Below, in pieces: positions 40,548 through 53,900 of a DNA stretch of 64,000 bases. Positions within the stretch are counted from its first letter, which is position 1. Each line of letters starts with the position of its first letter. The notes beneath the pieces are model-generated. The model had not been told where the DNA came from and did no database searches. It was given only the letters and a program-made list of their open reading frames with translations. Source of the DNA: Octopus sinensis (Eukaryota); NCBI RefSeq assembly GCF_006345805.1, contig NC_042999.1:104222001-104286000 (forward strand). Direction: 5' to 3'. Position numbers and translations under genes: made by a program.

Positions 40548-40754
40548 TATGAGGGAGTGCTGAAAAATCCCTGGCTTTGGGTAAAAGAAAATACAGGAGG
40601 ATCAGTTAATTATGATTTTATTGAACATATTCCCCTCTCAGATTCACAGACTTATTGCCATGGTCCTTTAGTTTTTCTAAGCTGTGTAAAAGAATTCAGA
40701 AGGTTGGGCCTCCAACCAAGCTTTTTGCAATACCTTTCAGCCCCACCCTTCGTA
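40548..40754 (+). mobile_element. mariner-type MITE, about 205 bp
   Basis: TAtgagggagtgctgaaaa ... ttcagccccacccttcgTA TIRs. Confidence 0.65.
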
Positions 40755-40802
40755 TATATTGTTGACTCAACTGTTGACTCTATCTATATAAAAATATTTA
40801 CA

Positions 40803-41210
40803 TAGGCGCAGGAGTGGCTGTGTGGTAAGTAGCTTGTTTACCAACCACATGGTTCCGGGTTCAGTCCCACTGTGTGGCACCTTAGGCGAGTGTCTTCTAC
40901 TATAGCCTCGGGCCGACCAAAGCATTGTGAGTGGATTTGGTAGACGGAAACTGAAAAGAAGCCTGTCGTATATATGTATATATATATGCATGTGTGTGTT
41001 TGTGTGTCTGTGTTTGTCCCCCTAGCATTGCTTGACAATCGATGCTGGTGTGTTTATGTCCCCGTTACTTAGTGGTTCGGTAAAAGAGATCGATAGAATA
41101 AGTACTGGGCTTACAAAAGAATAAGTCCCGGGGTCGAGTTGCTCGATTAAAGGCAGTGCTCCAGCATGGCCGCAGTCAACTGACTGAAACAAGTAAAAGA
41201 GTAAAGAGAT
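40803..41210 (+). mobile_element. tRNA-derived SINE family A (CORE-like cc.gggcaag box, internal TA/TG microsatellite), best-preserved copy
   Basis: Head ggcgcaggagtggctgtgtggtaag with B-box ggttcagtccc and tail gactgaaacaagtaaaagag. Other copies at about 1988-2277(+), 4897-5303(-), 8255-8625(+), 10670-10810(+), 21320-21722(+), 22110-22160(+ head only), 22270-22480(-), 29745-30060(+), 30572-30952(-), 34340-34722(-), 36215-36360(+), 37682-37900(-), 40268-40430(+), 50908-51300(+), 63735-64000(-). Confidence 0.9.
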
Positions 41211-41380
41211 TTATATGTGTCTGCACCCCCACCCCCACTTGTATATTAGCATAAACATTTGTGTGCTTAGAGTGTTGAAGTTCTCCATCTCTGAATGCTT
41301 CTTAAGGTTCAGTCTTGTGTAGAGTCCCATTGTACAACACACTTGGAAAGTATCTTCTAATATAGCTCTAAGCTGACTAA

Positions 41381-42248
41381 TATGAAGGGGTACACAAAAG
41401 TAGCCAGAAATGTTCTCTGTGGGACAAGTCCTTTGCAGTTCAGGCTTCTGCCATTAGAAACCACTTCCTGTGACTCTTAGTTTGCTTATTGGCGTTGTCG
41501 AGTTTAGTCATACTGCCATGTGGTGTGTCTTTGTTTTACAGTGCTACTCCCCTGTTTGTCGATTTTTGCAATGGCTGAAACGAAGGAACAGCATGTTTCA
41601 GTGAAATTCTGTTTCCTGCTGGGGAAAATAGCAACTGAAACAGTTGTCATGCTTGAAACAGCTTACAAGGCCACTGCCATGAGAAGAACACAAGTTTACG
41701 AATGGTTTTCACACTTTAGGAATGATCACTTGTTGCTTGAAGACCAACCTCGTTCAGAGTGCCCGTTGACCTTCTGAACAAATGAATCCATCATGAAAGT
41801 TCATGAACTATGTTGGAGGACTATCACCAAGCAATTGACGAACTTGTTAGTACTATTGGAGTGTCCTGGAGCTCCTGCCAACCAATTTTCAGTGAGGAAT
41901 TGTGAATGAAATGAGTTGATGCAAAATGTGTGCCTTACTTGCTCATGGAAGACCAAAAGCAGTCATGACTGAATTCATGCCATGAACTGAAAGAACAGTT
42001 GGAAATTGATCTGGACCTTTTTTGAAGGTCATCACTGGTGATGAAAGCTGGTGCTACGAAATTTTCAGATGTGGAAGAGGTGAAGAAAAAAACAATGGAA
42101 GCGTTAAAAGGCATCACTTGGCAAGAGTTCCAGCACTGCTTCGAATAATGGAAAATGCATCTGGACTGATGCAATGCTTCAAATGGAGAATACTAAATGA
42201 ATAAAATAATATTGCAAAATTCAGGATTCTTTTGAGTTCCCTCTTGTA
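41381..42248 (+). mobile_element. Internally deleted mariner (Mos1/Hsmar-like) transposase remnant
   Basis: KFCFLLGK...TQVYEWFSHFRN...EDQPRS HTH, VITGDESWCY catalytic motif, FQHCFE*W C-terminus; degenerate TA-flanked TIRs. Confidence 0.85.
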
Positions 42249-42284
42249 TATGTAATATATGTAAAAATATAATTTTAGTTGAAA

Positions 42285-42740
42285 TCGAAATCAAATTCGA
42301 TGACTGGTATCCATGCTAGTGGAGCGCTAAGAGCACCATCTGAGCATGATCGTTGCCAGAGCAGCTGACTGGCTTCCATGCCAGTGGCACCATTCAAGCG
42401 TGACTGTTACCAGCATTGCCTCACTGGCACATGATAAAACATTTGAGCGAGGTTGTTGCCAGTGCCGCTGGATTGGCTTCTGTGCAGGTGGCATGTAAAA
42501 AACACCATTTGAGCGTAGTTGTTGCCAAAACCGCCTGACTGGCCCTCATGCCGGTGGCACGTAAAAGCACCGACTACACTCTCAGAGTGGTTGGCATTAG
42601 GAAGGGCATCCAGCTGTAGAAACTCTGCCAGATCAAGATTGGAGCCTGGTGCAGCCATCTGGTTTGCCAGTCCTCAGTCAAATCGTCCAACCCATGCTAG
42701 CATGGAAAGTGGACATTAAACGATGATGATGATGATGATG
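42285..42740 (+). mobile_element. Short repeat family B = 3' end of the PHD-RTE LINE, with internal ~55-bp units and (GAT)n tail
   Basis: Collinear with the RTE 3' UTR at 60393-60760. Other copies at about 9215-9480(-), 11610-11895(-), 12803-12945(-), 15900-16100(+), 16805-16862(-), 19345-19490(-), 20270-20600(+), 21975-22028(-), 28715-29062(+), 29384-29725(-), 33290-33500(+), 37955-38110(+). Confidence 0.88.
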
Positions 42741-43046
42741 TAATCAAACACCACAGAAGCTGGCATTGTTTTGTGTTGGCAAGACATATTATATAATAAA
42801 ATCAATAAAATGAGTATAATAAATTTACTGCAAGGACTGGAAAATCTGATATTATAGATACAGTCTTTCTTCAGGGGAAATCTTGAAAGGAGAGAAACTA
42901 ATGAGGGACAGTAGAGTTTTAGATCCCCTAAGTAAGAAAAATATGGCTACAACTCATTAATTTCTCTTTCAAATGCTAGATTTTCCCCTCCTCACAACAA
43001 GTTAACAGCACTCATTTTACCAATTATGCTCTCTCTCTCTCTCTAA

Positions 43047-43084
<38 letters not shown>

Positions 43085-43134
43085 ATGTTTGTGTGTGCAT
43101 ATCATGTATGTGTATATATATGTATGTATGTATG

Positions 43135-43290
<156 letters not shown>

Positions 43291-43419
43291 CAATAAGAAA
43301 ATGGAGGGGATCAGTAGGTGGTATATCTGTAATAGAGTGGATGAAACCATTACTCGTATCATGAACAAATGCCCTACACTTGCCCCAAATCACTACAAGT
43401 TGTGACAATACAATCAGGT

Positions 43420-43880
43420 AGTGAAGGTGCTACATTGGAAACTGTACTAAAAGTGGGAGCTAGAAAGAGGCAAGACATCGTATGAGCACAAACTGTCATG
43501 AGCGGTGGAGTCAGAGACTACCAACATCCTCTGAGATATCCCAATCCAAACAGATTAGGTGTTAAAGCATAACAGACCAGACCTAGTGGTGGTGGACAAG
43601 GTGCACCACTTATGCTATACAGTTGATGTTGCATACCCCTCTGATCCACAAATAGTCAAGAAGGAAGGTGAAAAAAAATAGATAAATACAATCATCTTAA
43701 GCACGAAATAGCCCAGCTTTGGAAATGAAGAAGGTGAAGATAGTGCCAATTATTGTTGGGTCTTCAGGGACAGTATCAGAAGGTATCAATAGGAATATAA
43801 AAGAAATTGGGATAGAGTGCCCAGTAGAACTGTTACAAAAAGTTTGTTCTCATGGTTTCTGATCTTAACTGATTGGAAGT
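43420..43880 (+). mobile_element. R4/Dong-like (restriction-like endonuclease) LINE 3' fragment
   Basis: Degenerate LHWKL...HNRPDLVVVDK...VDVAYP...KIDKY...LWK...IVPIIVG, the PD-(D/E)xK RLE C-terminus. Confidence 0.8.
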
Positions 43881-44799
43881 GTTAACGTGTACATGTTTTG
43901 TCTTGGTAAAAGATGGGCTACAACAAATATTTTGCTTAATACCACAGATTTGCTTGACCTTAACCAGTTGAGCATATCCCTTAATGGTTGACGATATGTA
44001 CATCCCTGATTCCAAACATGAATAGTTGGGGAGCATCATTGACATTTGTTAAGAGGAATTCTTTGAGGCTTGAACAATTCACTTCTAGATACGTGTCCTT
44101 CATTCATCATCCTTAAACAACTCTTCTTTGGGGACCTTTTGAGTGGGATGGGCTACTCAGCCTGAAGAAAATTCTAACTGCAAAATCATGCTCTGTTTAT
44201 CTTGATATGAGATCACCATGTTGTGCACATATAGTTGTGATGCATATGCCTAGTGTACCCTTATCAGACAGGTAGTCATGATGGTCATACTGGGTTTTGT
44301 ACATTTGTACCCAAGTGTTACTTTGATGGCATGCATTGCTCTCTCACTCAACAACAACAATAACAGCAGCAGCAACAACAACCCCGCCCCTAGTGATAGT
44401 AGTTAAACAGGATAATACAAATATGGTCAATAACCATACTAACCAAATTGCTTTAGCTACTACTAGAGTTCAAATTCAGTTAGATGTTGTTCGAAAAATT
44501 GATTGTTTGGACAACTGATCTAAAAATAAATCAAGGATGCCAAACCAAATGTAATCACAGACAGGAAACATCTTTACATGTACAAGGCTTTTGCTTTATT
44601 CAATCGATTAAATATGTATAAACACTGGATATTATTGTAAATTTCATGGTAAGTTGGTCATAAAGTCATGTTACAAGTTAGATAATAATAATATGGAACT
44701 GGAAATTCAAGAAGCATTGCGTAATCAGAAAAATACATTTACGTATGTACACATGGAGTTCACGTAAATGAGGTCCACTTGGTTGGTGAGTAATCATTA

Positions 44800-46380
44800 T
44801 TTTGCGCAAAACATACACAAATGCTGTTGCTTAAGGGGCTTGTCTCATTGCTTTTGCCATCAATAACATTTGACAAAAATTCATCAACTTAACGGCACCA
44901 ACTTCCTCTTTTGCTTCACATCACAACATGAAAAGTTGCTAGCCATTGATAACTTCACTAATGGGGATGACTAAAGTTGTTGGGATCTGGTTTTCTTTAT
45001 CAATCATGAAGTCAGTACTTTACCACTGCTCTTCCATGACTATGTTCATAATCTGATTGCTACTGAGTGTCTCTGTTCCGATTTCATTGTCACAATTTAC
45101 CCAAGCATTGATTTCAATCTCAATGAAGTTTCCTAATCCCAGCTGATTAGCAGTTCTCAGTAATTTCAGTGGTTATTGTTCAATCTGGGTGAGTGTCCTG
45201 TTCATTGACAAGGCTGCCAACACTCACACTATTATACCAATACCAATTGTCTGTGAATGACATGATAATTTGAGGCAATCCTTTTATCTGCATTGTCTTC
45301 ATTGGTGACTGCATGCAACTTGTTACAGTAATAATACTTTTCCATTGCTGCAATGATTCCCTGATCGAGTGACCAAAGCTTTGAAATTGTGTTCAGTGGT
45401 AAAAACAAACACTTGGCGATTCTAATTGACTGCTTTTTAAACTGTGTGACCTCACATTGTCAACAAGCAGAAGGGCATGTTGTTCAAGTCCAATGTTCAT
45501 TTAATGTGAGCAAACAGCAGACACAAATTCTTAGAGAAACCAAGATGAAAAAAGTGGATATGTCATCCATGCTTTGTACTTCATGGGAAATGAATTCTTG
45601 CCTCAGTTCATGAAGCAACGTGACGTAGCATAATGCTCGATGCAAACAAGTGGTAGTTTATGAGTTCCAGTGGTGTTGATACAGGGGAAAATTGTTATGT
45701 GGTTCTTCTGTGCCTCTTTATCAGTTGATGCAAGTGTTTTGTCTGACAATTCATGCTGAAACTATCCACTTTCATTGGCATTGCACAATTGATCAAGTTC
45801 ATAGTTTTCTTTACGGATGATAGATTGTAGTTTCTGTCTGAATTCCTCCATGATTGTCCATAGACTCCAAGAATGCCTTGGTGATTTTTGAAACCTTATA
45901 GCCAGCCAGATGACATGCTGTATATCAGACTCTTGTTGTGTATCACTAGTGTGGATTCATTGATGGAGTCCTGCAGCTATTTCCTGAAACGTTGGATCTG
46001 ACAAGGGAATACCTTTTTCCTGTTGATGTGACCCCCCCCCCCACACACACACATACACAAAAAACACAGCCTGGTCAAGTTGTTCATCTTTTGCCAACTT
46101 CATGGATTTTCTTTTGTTGCATGGGAAGTGCCACTTTAGTTAATAAATTTCTCAATCACCAGTCTTGTTTTCTTCATATCAGACTATTACTTTTCCAATG
46201 TGCTCTTGAGCCTTTTCACTATGATCCAGATGCTGTAAAACCTAACTTTTCTGTTTGATTGTCAATGGTGTTTGCACAGATACAGTAATGGCAATAAACT
46301 CGATCACTTGTAACAGATATGTTGCCAGGACAAAATAGTAGAAGGAACAAAGGAACTTTTTCCACGATTTTAAGGCTTTT
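44800..46380 (-). mobile_element. Decayed pogo/Tigger (DDE_1) transposase remnant
   Basis: Minus-strand relics YELDQLCNANESG, KYKAWMT, LLLVDNVRSH and FLPLNTISKLWSLDQGII. Boundaries approximate. Confidence 0.75.
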
Positions 46381-46737
46381 AGCATGTCGACCATTTTCAT
46401 GTTAAATTATTTTAACACTACTTAAAGCAACCAATTCAAATCAAACTAGCGCACTGACTAACACATGGATAATTTTGATAACTGTAAATAAAAGACAAGA
46501 TTGTGGCGTAAATATCGATCAGCAATACGTCTTTGATGTGTAGTTTTTACATGTTCTGTACATATTTATTTGTTAAAAATCATTTTTATCAATTAGCGGC
46601 AGTCAACATACATTAATTTTTAATCATTCTAAATAAAAAAAAAAACACTCAATATACATTCATTTTTAACTATTCTAAATGACAGAGGCAATAACCAGTG
46701 TTGCTTCTGAATATCTGTTTACACATAGTATCGCTCA

Positions 46738-49700
46738 TTAAATATTTGTGGGACCTGCAGATCTTGTTTGAACAAATTGAAATTCGGATAATTGATGTTC
46801 ATGTAACTGACTTTTAACTGTGCATCTAAACAGATTAAGTTTAGAAATGAAAATTGATTACCTAAGAGTACCTTGTGATTCAGTCTAAATGCTGCTTCAT
46901 ATACTTCTTGTAAATTTTTCCAAGTTTTAGACAAACACTTACCCGCATCCAGCCCATATCATAAAATTTTCAGTAGACACACGGTTAAACTGGCTTACTC
47001 TATTATGCCTAATATTGCTGAATATATAACAAGATTTAACTATAGTAAATCAAGCCATAGAATAAACACTATAATTACCAATAAACAAATCAGCAAAGTT
47101 TTATAGGTGCACTATCACTGCACTTTGTAAAGGACATGTTTATATTGGTGTGTCCTCTTCCTGATTCAAACTTCACTGGAATAATCACAAATCTCCATTT
47201 AATCATAAAAATAAGGCTGATAATACATCTCTAGCTAAAATTTGTGCATTCTTTCACTGATAAAAACATAGAGTATAAAATTGCTTGGTCCATTGCATGT
47301 AATGTACAGTCATATAAAGGTGGTGGTAGTGGTATCTGAAGTGTTCTGTATTAGTAGGATTAAATCGAATATTATTAATCACCGTGAAAAATTTATCATA
47401 AGAACATCTTAAGAACAAACTGATCATATTCTGGCATTCTACTATCATGTAAAACTATCTAGATATTAAGTATTTCAGTCTCTCATATGCACTAACTATT
47501 CTTTTTAAGTATAACTGAAGTTATTACTTTTTGATGATTGCATTGGTCCTGTAATTCTACACCTCTGAACTTCCTTACTTCCATTCCTTATTGCTTTAAT
47601 CTTAACTATTATTTAATATATGTGATTTATTCAAATTTCCTTTTAATAATCCCTTTGGTAGATTCATTCGAATAAATGCATTTACTCTTTATCCTCAAGG
47701 ATTGGTTATATGTTTACATCCATATGCTTGCATATGTGCCAGCTTTTTTATACATACGAGATCTGATCAAAAGGTATTTGAATTAATGCTATGATAATAG
47801 AGCTCAAAGTATTTAGAGTGAAGACACTTGACATAGATTGTTTCTTTATTGGCCACACAGGGCTGAGGGACAAAATACAAAGTAGAGCTTTTCTTTTTCA
47901 GAAAAAGGAGAGAAGAAAAAAAGAAAAAAAAAATTGAGTTGAATTCTGATCAAAAGGGATCGTGGAAAAGAGAAAAAGGGGGCTGATCAATAGGGATAGT
48001 GTATCACAGAAATGTCAACGTAAAAAGGGAAAACAGATTAGGTTTATCCGTGGAAAGAAAAGCCTATAGAAAAGACCACAGTAACCTTGAGCAATGGTGT
48101 CATGTTAAAAAACACATTACAGTAAGTCGCTCTCTTTTTCCTTTCTTTTTTTTCTTGGTTCATAGGATTATGCTCAAGCTGGCTCTATCATTCACATGAG
48201 CCATCCTTGCTACATTCACCCATCTTTTTTTGAAACTTTCAGTAGACAAAATTTCTCTCTCTACTCTCACCTTCCTTTTCAAGTGATACTTGAAGAAATT
48301 GATGAGAGATTGACCAGAGAGGAAAGTGTTTGTCTCTAGATCTTTCAGACGTGTCCACTATACACATTCTTTTGCCATAGCCACAAGTACGATGAAAATG
48401 GCTCTTCCTTCCCATATCCAGGAAGGAGGCACGATAATATTCATGATAGACTTGGTTGATAAACTGACTCATCCCACACGCGATAACAGTCGTTAGACAT
48501 AGGCCTACAGGTTGGAAATGGTTGGACACTGTACGAGTGTGTACAGGCTGTTTTCGTCGCTCTGATTGCATCTCGGACAGGTTGGCCTGTGTTTCTTGAG
48601 CCATGCCTGTAGAGTTTATCCCGAACGAGTAGCACTTCTTGATAGCACTGCTATGCCAGGCATCTCTGGAAGTTGTCCAAAGGTCCTGAACTGGTGGGCC
48701 AAGTATTTTTCGTCGACGCCCAGTTTCGCCCTGAGTTCGTCATTGTACCTCCCCTCCAGTAATCCCCTATAGAATGCTTTGGTTGTGTTGAAGTCGCACA
48801 AGATCGAGCTGGTATGGGATAGTTGCTTGAGAGCAACGCGACACTCATGGTGCCATTCGCCCTTCCTCAGCCTCTTTTTGATCCACGACTGCAGTTCGGT
48901 CACTTAGACAAGCTGCAGGAAGGCGTGCCTCACAAACGGCGACCACACCTGTTCACCGTCTACACAGAGCCAGAGATGTTGCAGTCTCAGCGCATCTGCA
49001 CATCATCAACCCCAGCCCTCCTTTAAACAGGTATTGGCAGCAAACAGATCACCTGACATCGGAACACATCCTTTCCACAAGAAGTGGAAGAGAATGCGTT
49101 CTAGTTTGGTGATGGTAGGGTCAGGACAAGGAACGACAGTCAGGCAGTAGTAGCTGACAGACACTATGTACGTGTTTGCCACCTCCGCCCGACCCTGATC
49201 TTGAAGTCTGTTGTGCATGCACACTGAGATATAACATTCTCGCTCACTTCCATTGTTTATAGCAGAAATCAGACAGGTAGAAGGATGAAGAGATCAGTAG
49301 TGCTATAGTTGTGTAGGGTCGTTTGAACTCTCCGTACACTGGCAAGGTGAGAGGTGAAGTGGATGACAATATATTTCACTTGACAAAGTAGCATTTGGTT
49401 AATGTCTCTTACCATTTTCCATTGTTCCATCGTGAGAAGTAAGTTTCATTTTCCTGTCGTGGGAAGCAAATGAGAATGAATTATGACTATCTTTGGTTAC
49501 AGAATTGTATAGTATGACCATTAATTTCAATATACTGTCTGTAATATCACTGTTATGGAGACTTGGATAAATTTTAAGAATATATAAAGTTCACTCTCAT
49601 CTTAAGATGCTTCTTGGTGTTTTTTTAGCTAACATCAACTGAATTAACAATTTATAAAACTATAATCACCCTACAAACATATAGTCACATTCAGTGGGCT

Positions 49701-52273
49701 ATATGTTTGTAGATGGTCTCATTTGGTGAGGTTGTTGCTTATCTCTGAATGAGAAGACTTATGATCAAAGACATTCCTGTTGTGACCAAGCCATTTTCTT
49801 CACAACCATTGAAACATAAAGCACCCCTCACAAATGTAGGTTCAGGAGGTGGCTGTGATCTGTAAATAGTTCTGAGTAGGAATCATAAAGAGAAATATGA
49901 ACACACAATGCACATGTGCACACTGAATGTGTAAAATGGAAGAGAAGACTAAAAACATAATATGCATGTCAAAATAAAATGGAAGCAAAGAATAAAACAA
50001 ATTATATGATGGTCTGCGTGGAGGCGCAATGACCCAGTGGTTAGGCGTTGTGTGTGTTTATTGAGCGAAAACACCTAAAAGCTCCACGAGGCTCTGGCAG
50101 GGGGTGCTGGCGACCTCTGTTGTACTCTTTCGCCACAACTTTCTCTCACTCTCTCTTCTTGCTTCTTGAGTAACGCTGCAATGGACTGGCATCCTGTCCA
50201 GCTGGGGGAAACACATATGCCATAGAAACTGGGAAACCGGGCCCATGAGCCTGGCTAGGCTTGAAAAGGGCAATGAGGATGAGGATGATGGTCTGCATGC
50301 TACATCTGACACCACTATCATGCAGCTTTGCAGCAATTTTCTTGTTTTCTGTATATCCAGGACTACATTCTTTAATCTGCGTTATTTTTTTCACTATGAC
50401 AGGGTGTAATTTGGCTGGTATTTCTGCAAGTGAGTCAACTGCATAAAGGCTCTATTCTTGATGAATAGAATTGCAAAGAGTAACAGGTTTTATTAGGGTA
50501 GTTATAAATGTGTAACAACATTGGAATTACCAAAATACAGGTGGATGCAGTGACATGAAATTCATTTAGTGCATTGCATTACGTATAACTTAACACATGA
50601 TTTCATATACCTTGATCAATTTCTTAACTCTTACCACTTAAGTATGACAACCTTTTAAGAAACCTCTATATAGCAGCTTAATCTGTCAGAAATATTTGTC
50701 AGATTTTTCCCTGAAATCATGCCTACTGTATTTTAAATAAGAATGGTAAGTCACACTGATTAACGTAGTCTTATATATGCAATGAATGAAAAAAACGAGG
50801 ATGGATGGTCATAGATTGAATGCTTTACATCATAGGGCTACACGATCAGGCTGACTTGATAACCCCCTTCCCTCACACCATACACACATAAATACCTATT
50901 TTTATGCTTAGGTACAAGTGTGGCTGTGTGGTAAGATGTTTGCCTCTCAACCATATGGTTCCAGGTTCAGTTCCACTGTGTGGCACCTTGGGTAAATATC
51001 TTCTACTATAGCCTTGGACTAACCAAAGCCTTATGAGTGGAAATCGTAGATAGAAACTGAAAGAAGCCTGTCGTATATATATATGTATGTTTTTGTGTCA
51101 CTGTTTTTCTACACCACTGCTTGACAACTGGTGTTGGTGTGTTTACGTCCTACAACTTAGCGGCTCACCAACAGTGATCGATAGAATAAGTACGGATTTA
51201 AAAAAAGAAGTAAGAACTGTGGTCGATCCATTCGACTAAAGAATCTTCAAGGTGGTGCCCCAGCATGGCCACAATTTAATGACTGAAGCAAATAAAAGAT
51301 AGAAGGTAAAAAAAAAATGTAGCAAATAAGTAATGATTTTTTAATATAGAGAGAAATCCTAAAAATCTCAATCCAGCTATTTTCATTAGCTCTACGCCAA
51401 TCAACAGCTGGTACTTTGTAGATTTGATTTGACTGTAAGGTTGAAAAGTGAACTCAACCTCAGTAGAATTTGAACGGAGAAAGTAAAGGGACATCACTCA
51501 AAATTGCAAAGACGACGGCAACAGTCTCAGTCATCCAAATTCAAATAACTTTTAATAGAAGTTTTCCATAAAAAAAGTGTTTCTGCATGTTGTTAGATGA
51601 CCGTCTTAGAAATGTCAAAAATTTATTTCAATAAATTATTTGTTCTAGTTTTCTTAAAAACATTAAAATAAGGGGAGGATGTAGGTAACTTAAACTTTAG
51701 TATTTGTTGATACGCAATAAATTTAAGCATTTTTTTTTTCTTATCCAAGCGTCGTTCTTGTAGTTTAGTTCTCACTCAGTAAGGAATTTCAGCATTAACC
51801 ATTCAACACTTTGTTTTTTTTCTTTCAATACATAGGACTAAATTAGCCAGAATTTCCTTCCAGTTTTAAAAACGACAGAATGTAATTTGAGATTTGGCTG
51901 TTATTTCTAATAGGTCGAACAACCATCGAGGTTCTGAAGCTATTAGCAAAAAGTGCAAGAAAAGGGTTAAAAAAAAAACGGAAATGTAATCAAAAGAGAA
52001 AATGTTAGGTATTAAAGGTAAAGCAAAACATTTAAGTGAGCAGGGAAACGTAAACGAAATAACTGTAGGTCTGCGGGTGAGTATAATCGAGTAAATCGAT
52101 CCCAATATATTAATATGTTTTGGGTCGAATAATATTTACTAGGGTCGATAACTCTAAACCTGGTTAGTTTTAAACCACAGGTCATCCAATATATAATATG
52201 ACCAAAAGATATTCCAGTCATGACCATCATACCTTTTATAGAATAGTAAGTATACCTCGGACTGCGCTATCAT
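46738..52273 (-). CDS. Candidate 4-exon gene (52273-52256, 49453-49413, 47017-46943, 46825-46738), 73 aa, product unknown
   Basis: GT-AG sites: GAG|gtatac; tgcttcccacgacag|...AATG|gtaaga; ttatatattcag|...GCGG|gtaagt; taatctgtttag|. Phases 0, 2, 2 join without stops into MIAQSEENETYFSRWNNGKCNIRHNRVSQFNRVSTENFMIWAGCGCTVKSQLHEHQLSEFQFVQTRSAGPTNI*. No homology recognised. Confidence 0.45.
47838..49200 (-). mobile_element. L1/Tx1-type LINE 3' fragment (post-RT region, zf-RVT-like Cys motif, 3' UTR with AATAAA)
   Basis: KLERILFHFLWKG, a degenerate LPVRDKL...CPRC zinc-knuckle region, a pyrimidine-rich UTR, and ggccAATAAAgaaac at about 47845. Confidence 0.75.
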
Positions 52274-52364
52274 GTGCCTTTTAATTTTTCTTTAAAAAAA
52301 AAGAACCCAAAAGACTAATAAAGGTGTAATTTGGTAGAGTTTTCGTAAGCCAAGTAACTGTGTA

Positions 52365-52378
52365 TGGACTTCCTGTTT
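52365..52378 (-). promoter_or_regulatory. ETS-type motif (ACAGGAAGT), candidate TSS region of the downstream spliced gene
   Basis: Minus strand tcaaACAGGAAGTcc, about 95 bp upstream of the ATG at 52273, within a CpG-retaining region. Confidence 0.35.
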
Positions 52379-52889
52379 GATTAGAAACATAAACAAAACG
52401 AATATGTTAGTTTGTAACAAAAAGGGTCGATTATTTCAAATATCACTGCCATAAACTCAAGAAAATACAAAATACCAGAATAAAACTACAACACATGAAC
52501 GTTATTAATTTTTTTTAACAATATGTAATTTTAAGAAAAATAAATTAACTGCATGTTAAATATGCAATTAACAAGTTTGATTCAATATTTCAGTAACTCC
52601 ACCGGATTGTTTTCAGAGTTACATGCGGGATTACTAGTTTTGTTTACTATAGAAGAAAAAATTGGTGGAATCAGTTACATGTATATATTTCTTGGTAATG
52701 TATTCTATAAACTTGAAGTATGATTAAATGTACATAACAGAAACATTATTGTTTGTTTCTTTATAAAAATTTTAAGACGTTCTGAGTTTGCATTCTATTT
52801 TGGGAGGTTCGTATTTTGAGTTTACTCAGCAATATGAATAATCGTCAATAAATAAAAGAAATAATACGCACATAAAATAAAATAATTTA

Positions 52890-53900
52890 TCAGCCATAAC
52901 TGCTTATTACATTAAAAAAGTGATAGATTTCTTCTTTATCATAAACAGCAACTTGAGTCCTACATTCACTACAATAAACTGGATGATAAACTTCTTTCGA
53001 TTTCTCTGAAGATTGTTTCATTTTTTTCGGGTTTTTATTAGAATTTGGGTAAGTTAAATTTTCGGAATAATCCACAGAACAGTTCATAACAAACATAGCA
53101 CGGTACTGATTAGGGTATCGCTCGTGTCTTTGACAATCAACACAGATTGTTGTCATACATGCCGGACAGTCTAACAAGGCGTCGGAAGTTGGTCTCTTAG
53201 GCATTTTGGAAGATTTGCGCTTTGTAGGTTTTTCATTGCCATCGGCCAAATTGAAACGAACTGATTTATTACCCGTGCTTGCTTTAGTCTTAGGCGTGAG
53301 TTTTGGTCTGTCGGTCTTAGTAGTTTTTGTTTTGGAACCTGGAGGTGGCATGAATTTGACAAACTTTTTGTGTGGGTTGCGCCTTCGTTCGTCCATCCAT
53401 AATTGGTCTTTTGCATCCATTGTCGGATCATAGAAGAGTTCGTCGTTAGACATGACTTTATGATGGTTTTTCTTTTTGCTTTTGTTTTCATTGGAAGTAT
53501 CTTCTTCATCGGAATCAAAATAAATATCGTTGTAGAACTTATCATTTTCACCGCCATCATTACCATCACCACTTGTAGAAGCGACTGACGTAGTGACGCT
53601 TGTGGTGGGTTCGCTTCCAGCTGCAGGTAGGTGTCTTGGAGGTTCAGAAGAACTGAGGTTTCGTTTGAGTGATTCGATGTTCTTTGAGAGCTCGTATTCC
53701 ATTTCATCTTCGAAATCGCTGCTGTCCTGCTCCAAAATAGATTTTGGTTTCACTTTGGAGAAAGTTGTTCTCTTACAGCGATTATCTGCTTGTCTCACAA
53801 CAATACTAATATCATCATCAGAACTTTCGGAAGAATTCCCTTCACTGTTATCATCGAAATCCAAATCAAGATAGTCTTCATCGTCTGTACAATTAAACAT
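52890..53900 (-). CDS. EAPP: E2F-associated phosphoprotein, single uninterrupted 336-aa ORF
   Basis: Acidic N-terminus, YNDIYFDSDEE and SNDELFYDPTMDAKDQLW motifs, and a C-terminal Cys-rich domain (DALLDCPACMTTICVDCQRHERYPNQYRAMFVMNC...EVYHPVYCSECRTQVAVYDKEEIYHFFNVISS) closely matching the EAPP C-terminus as I recall it. Confidence 0.93.
   Translation of the reverse strand: MFNCTDDEDYLDLDFDDNSEGNSSESSDDDISIVVRQADNRCKRTTFSKVKPKSILEQDSSDFEDEMEYELSKNIESLKRNLSSSEPPRHLPAAGSEPTTSVTTSVASTSGDGNDGGENDKFYNDIYFDSDEEDTSNENKSKKKNHHKVMSNDELFYDPTMDAKDQLWMDERRRNPHKKFVKFMPPPGSKTKTTKTDRPKLTPKTKASTGNKSVRFNLADGNEKPTKRKSSKMPKRPTSDALLDCPACMTTICVDCQRHERYPNQYRAMFVMNCSVDYSENLTYPNSNKNPKKMKQSSEKSKEVYHPVYCSECRTQVAVYDKEEIYHFFNVISSYG

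Noticed and set aside
42330-42570. Regularly spaced repeats with varying spacers (CRISPR-like look), also at 20290, 29560 and 60560
   Set aside because: The spacers are homologous to each other; this is the minisatellite in the RTE 3' UTR. No cas genes, eukaryotic context.
47254-47448. 64-aa ORF rich in His/Tyr, inside intron 2 of the candidate gene
   Set aside because: All plausible acceptors create TGA when joined to exon 2; no donor or homology recognised.
53171-53874. Overlapping alternative-frame and antisense ORFs within EAPP
   Set aside because: Shadows of the real EAPP frame; no independent signal.
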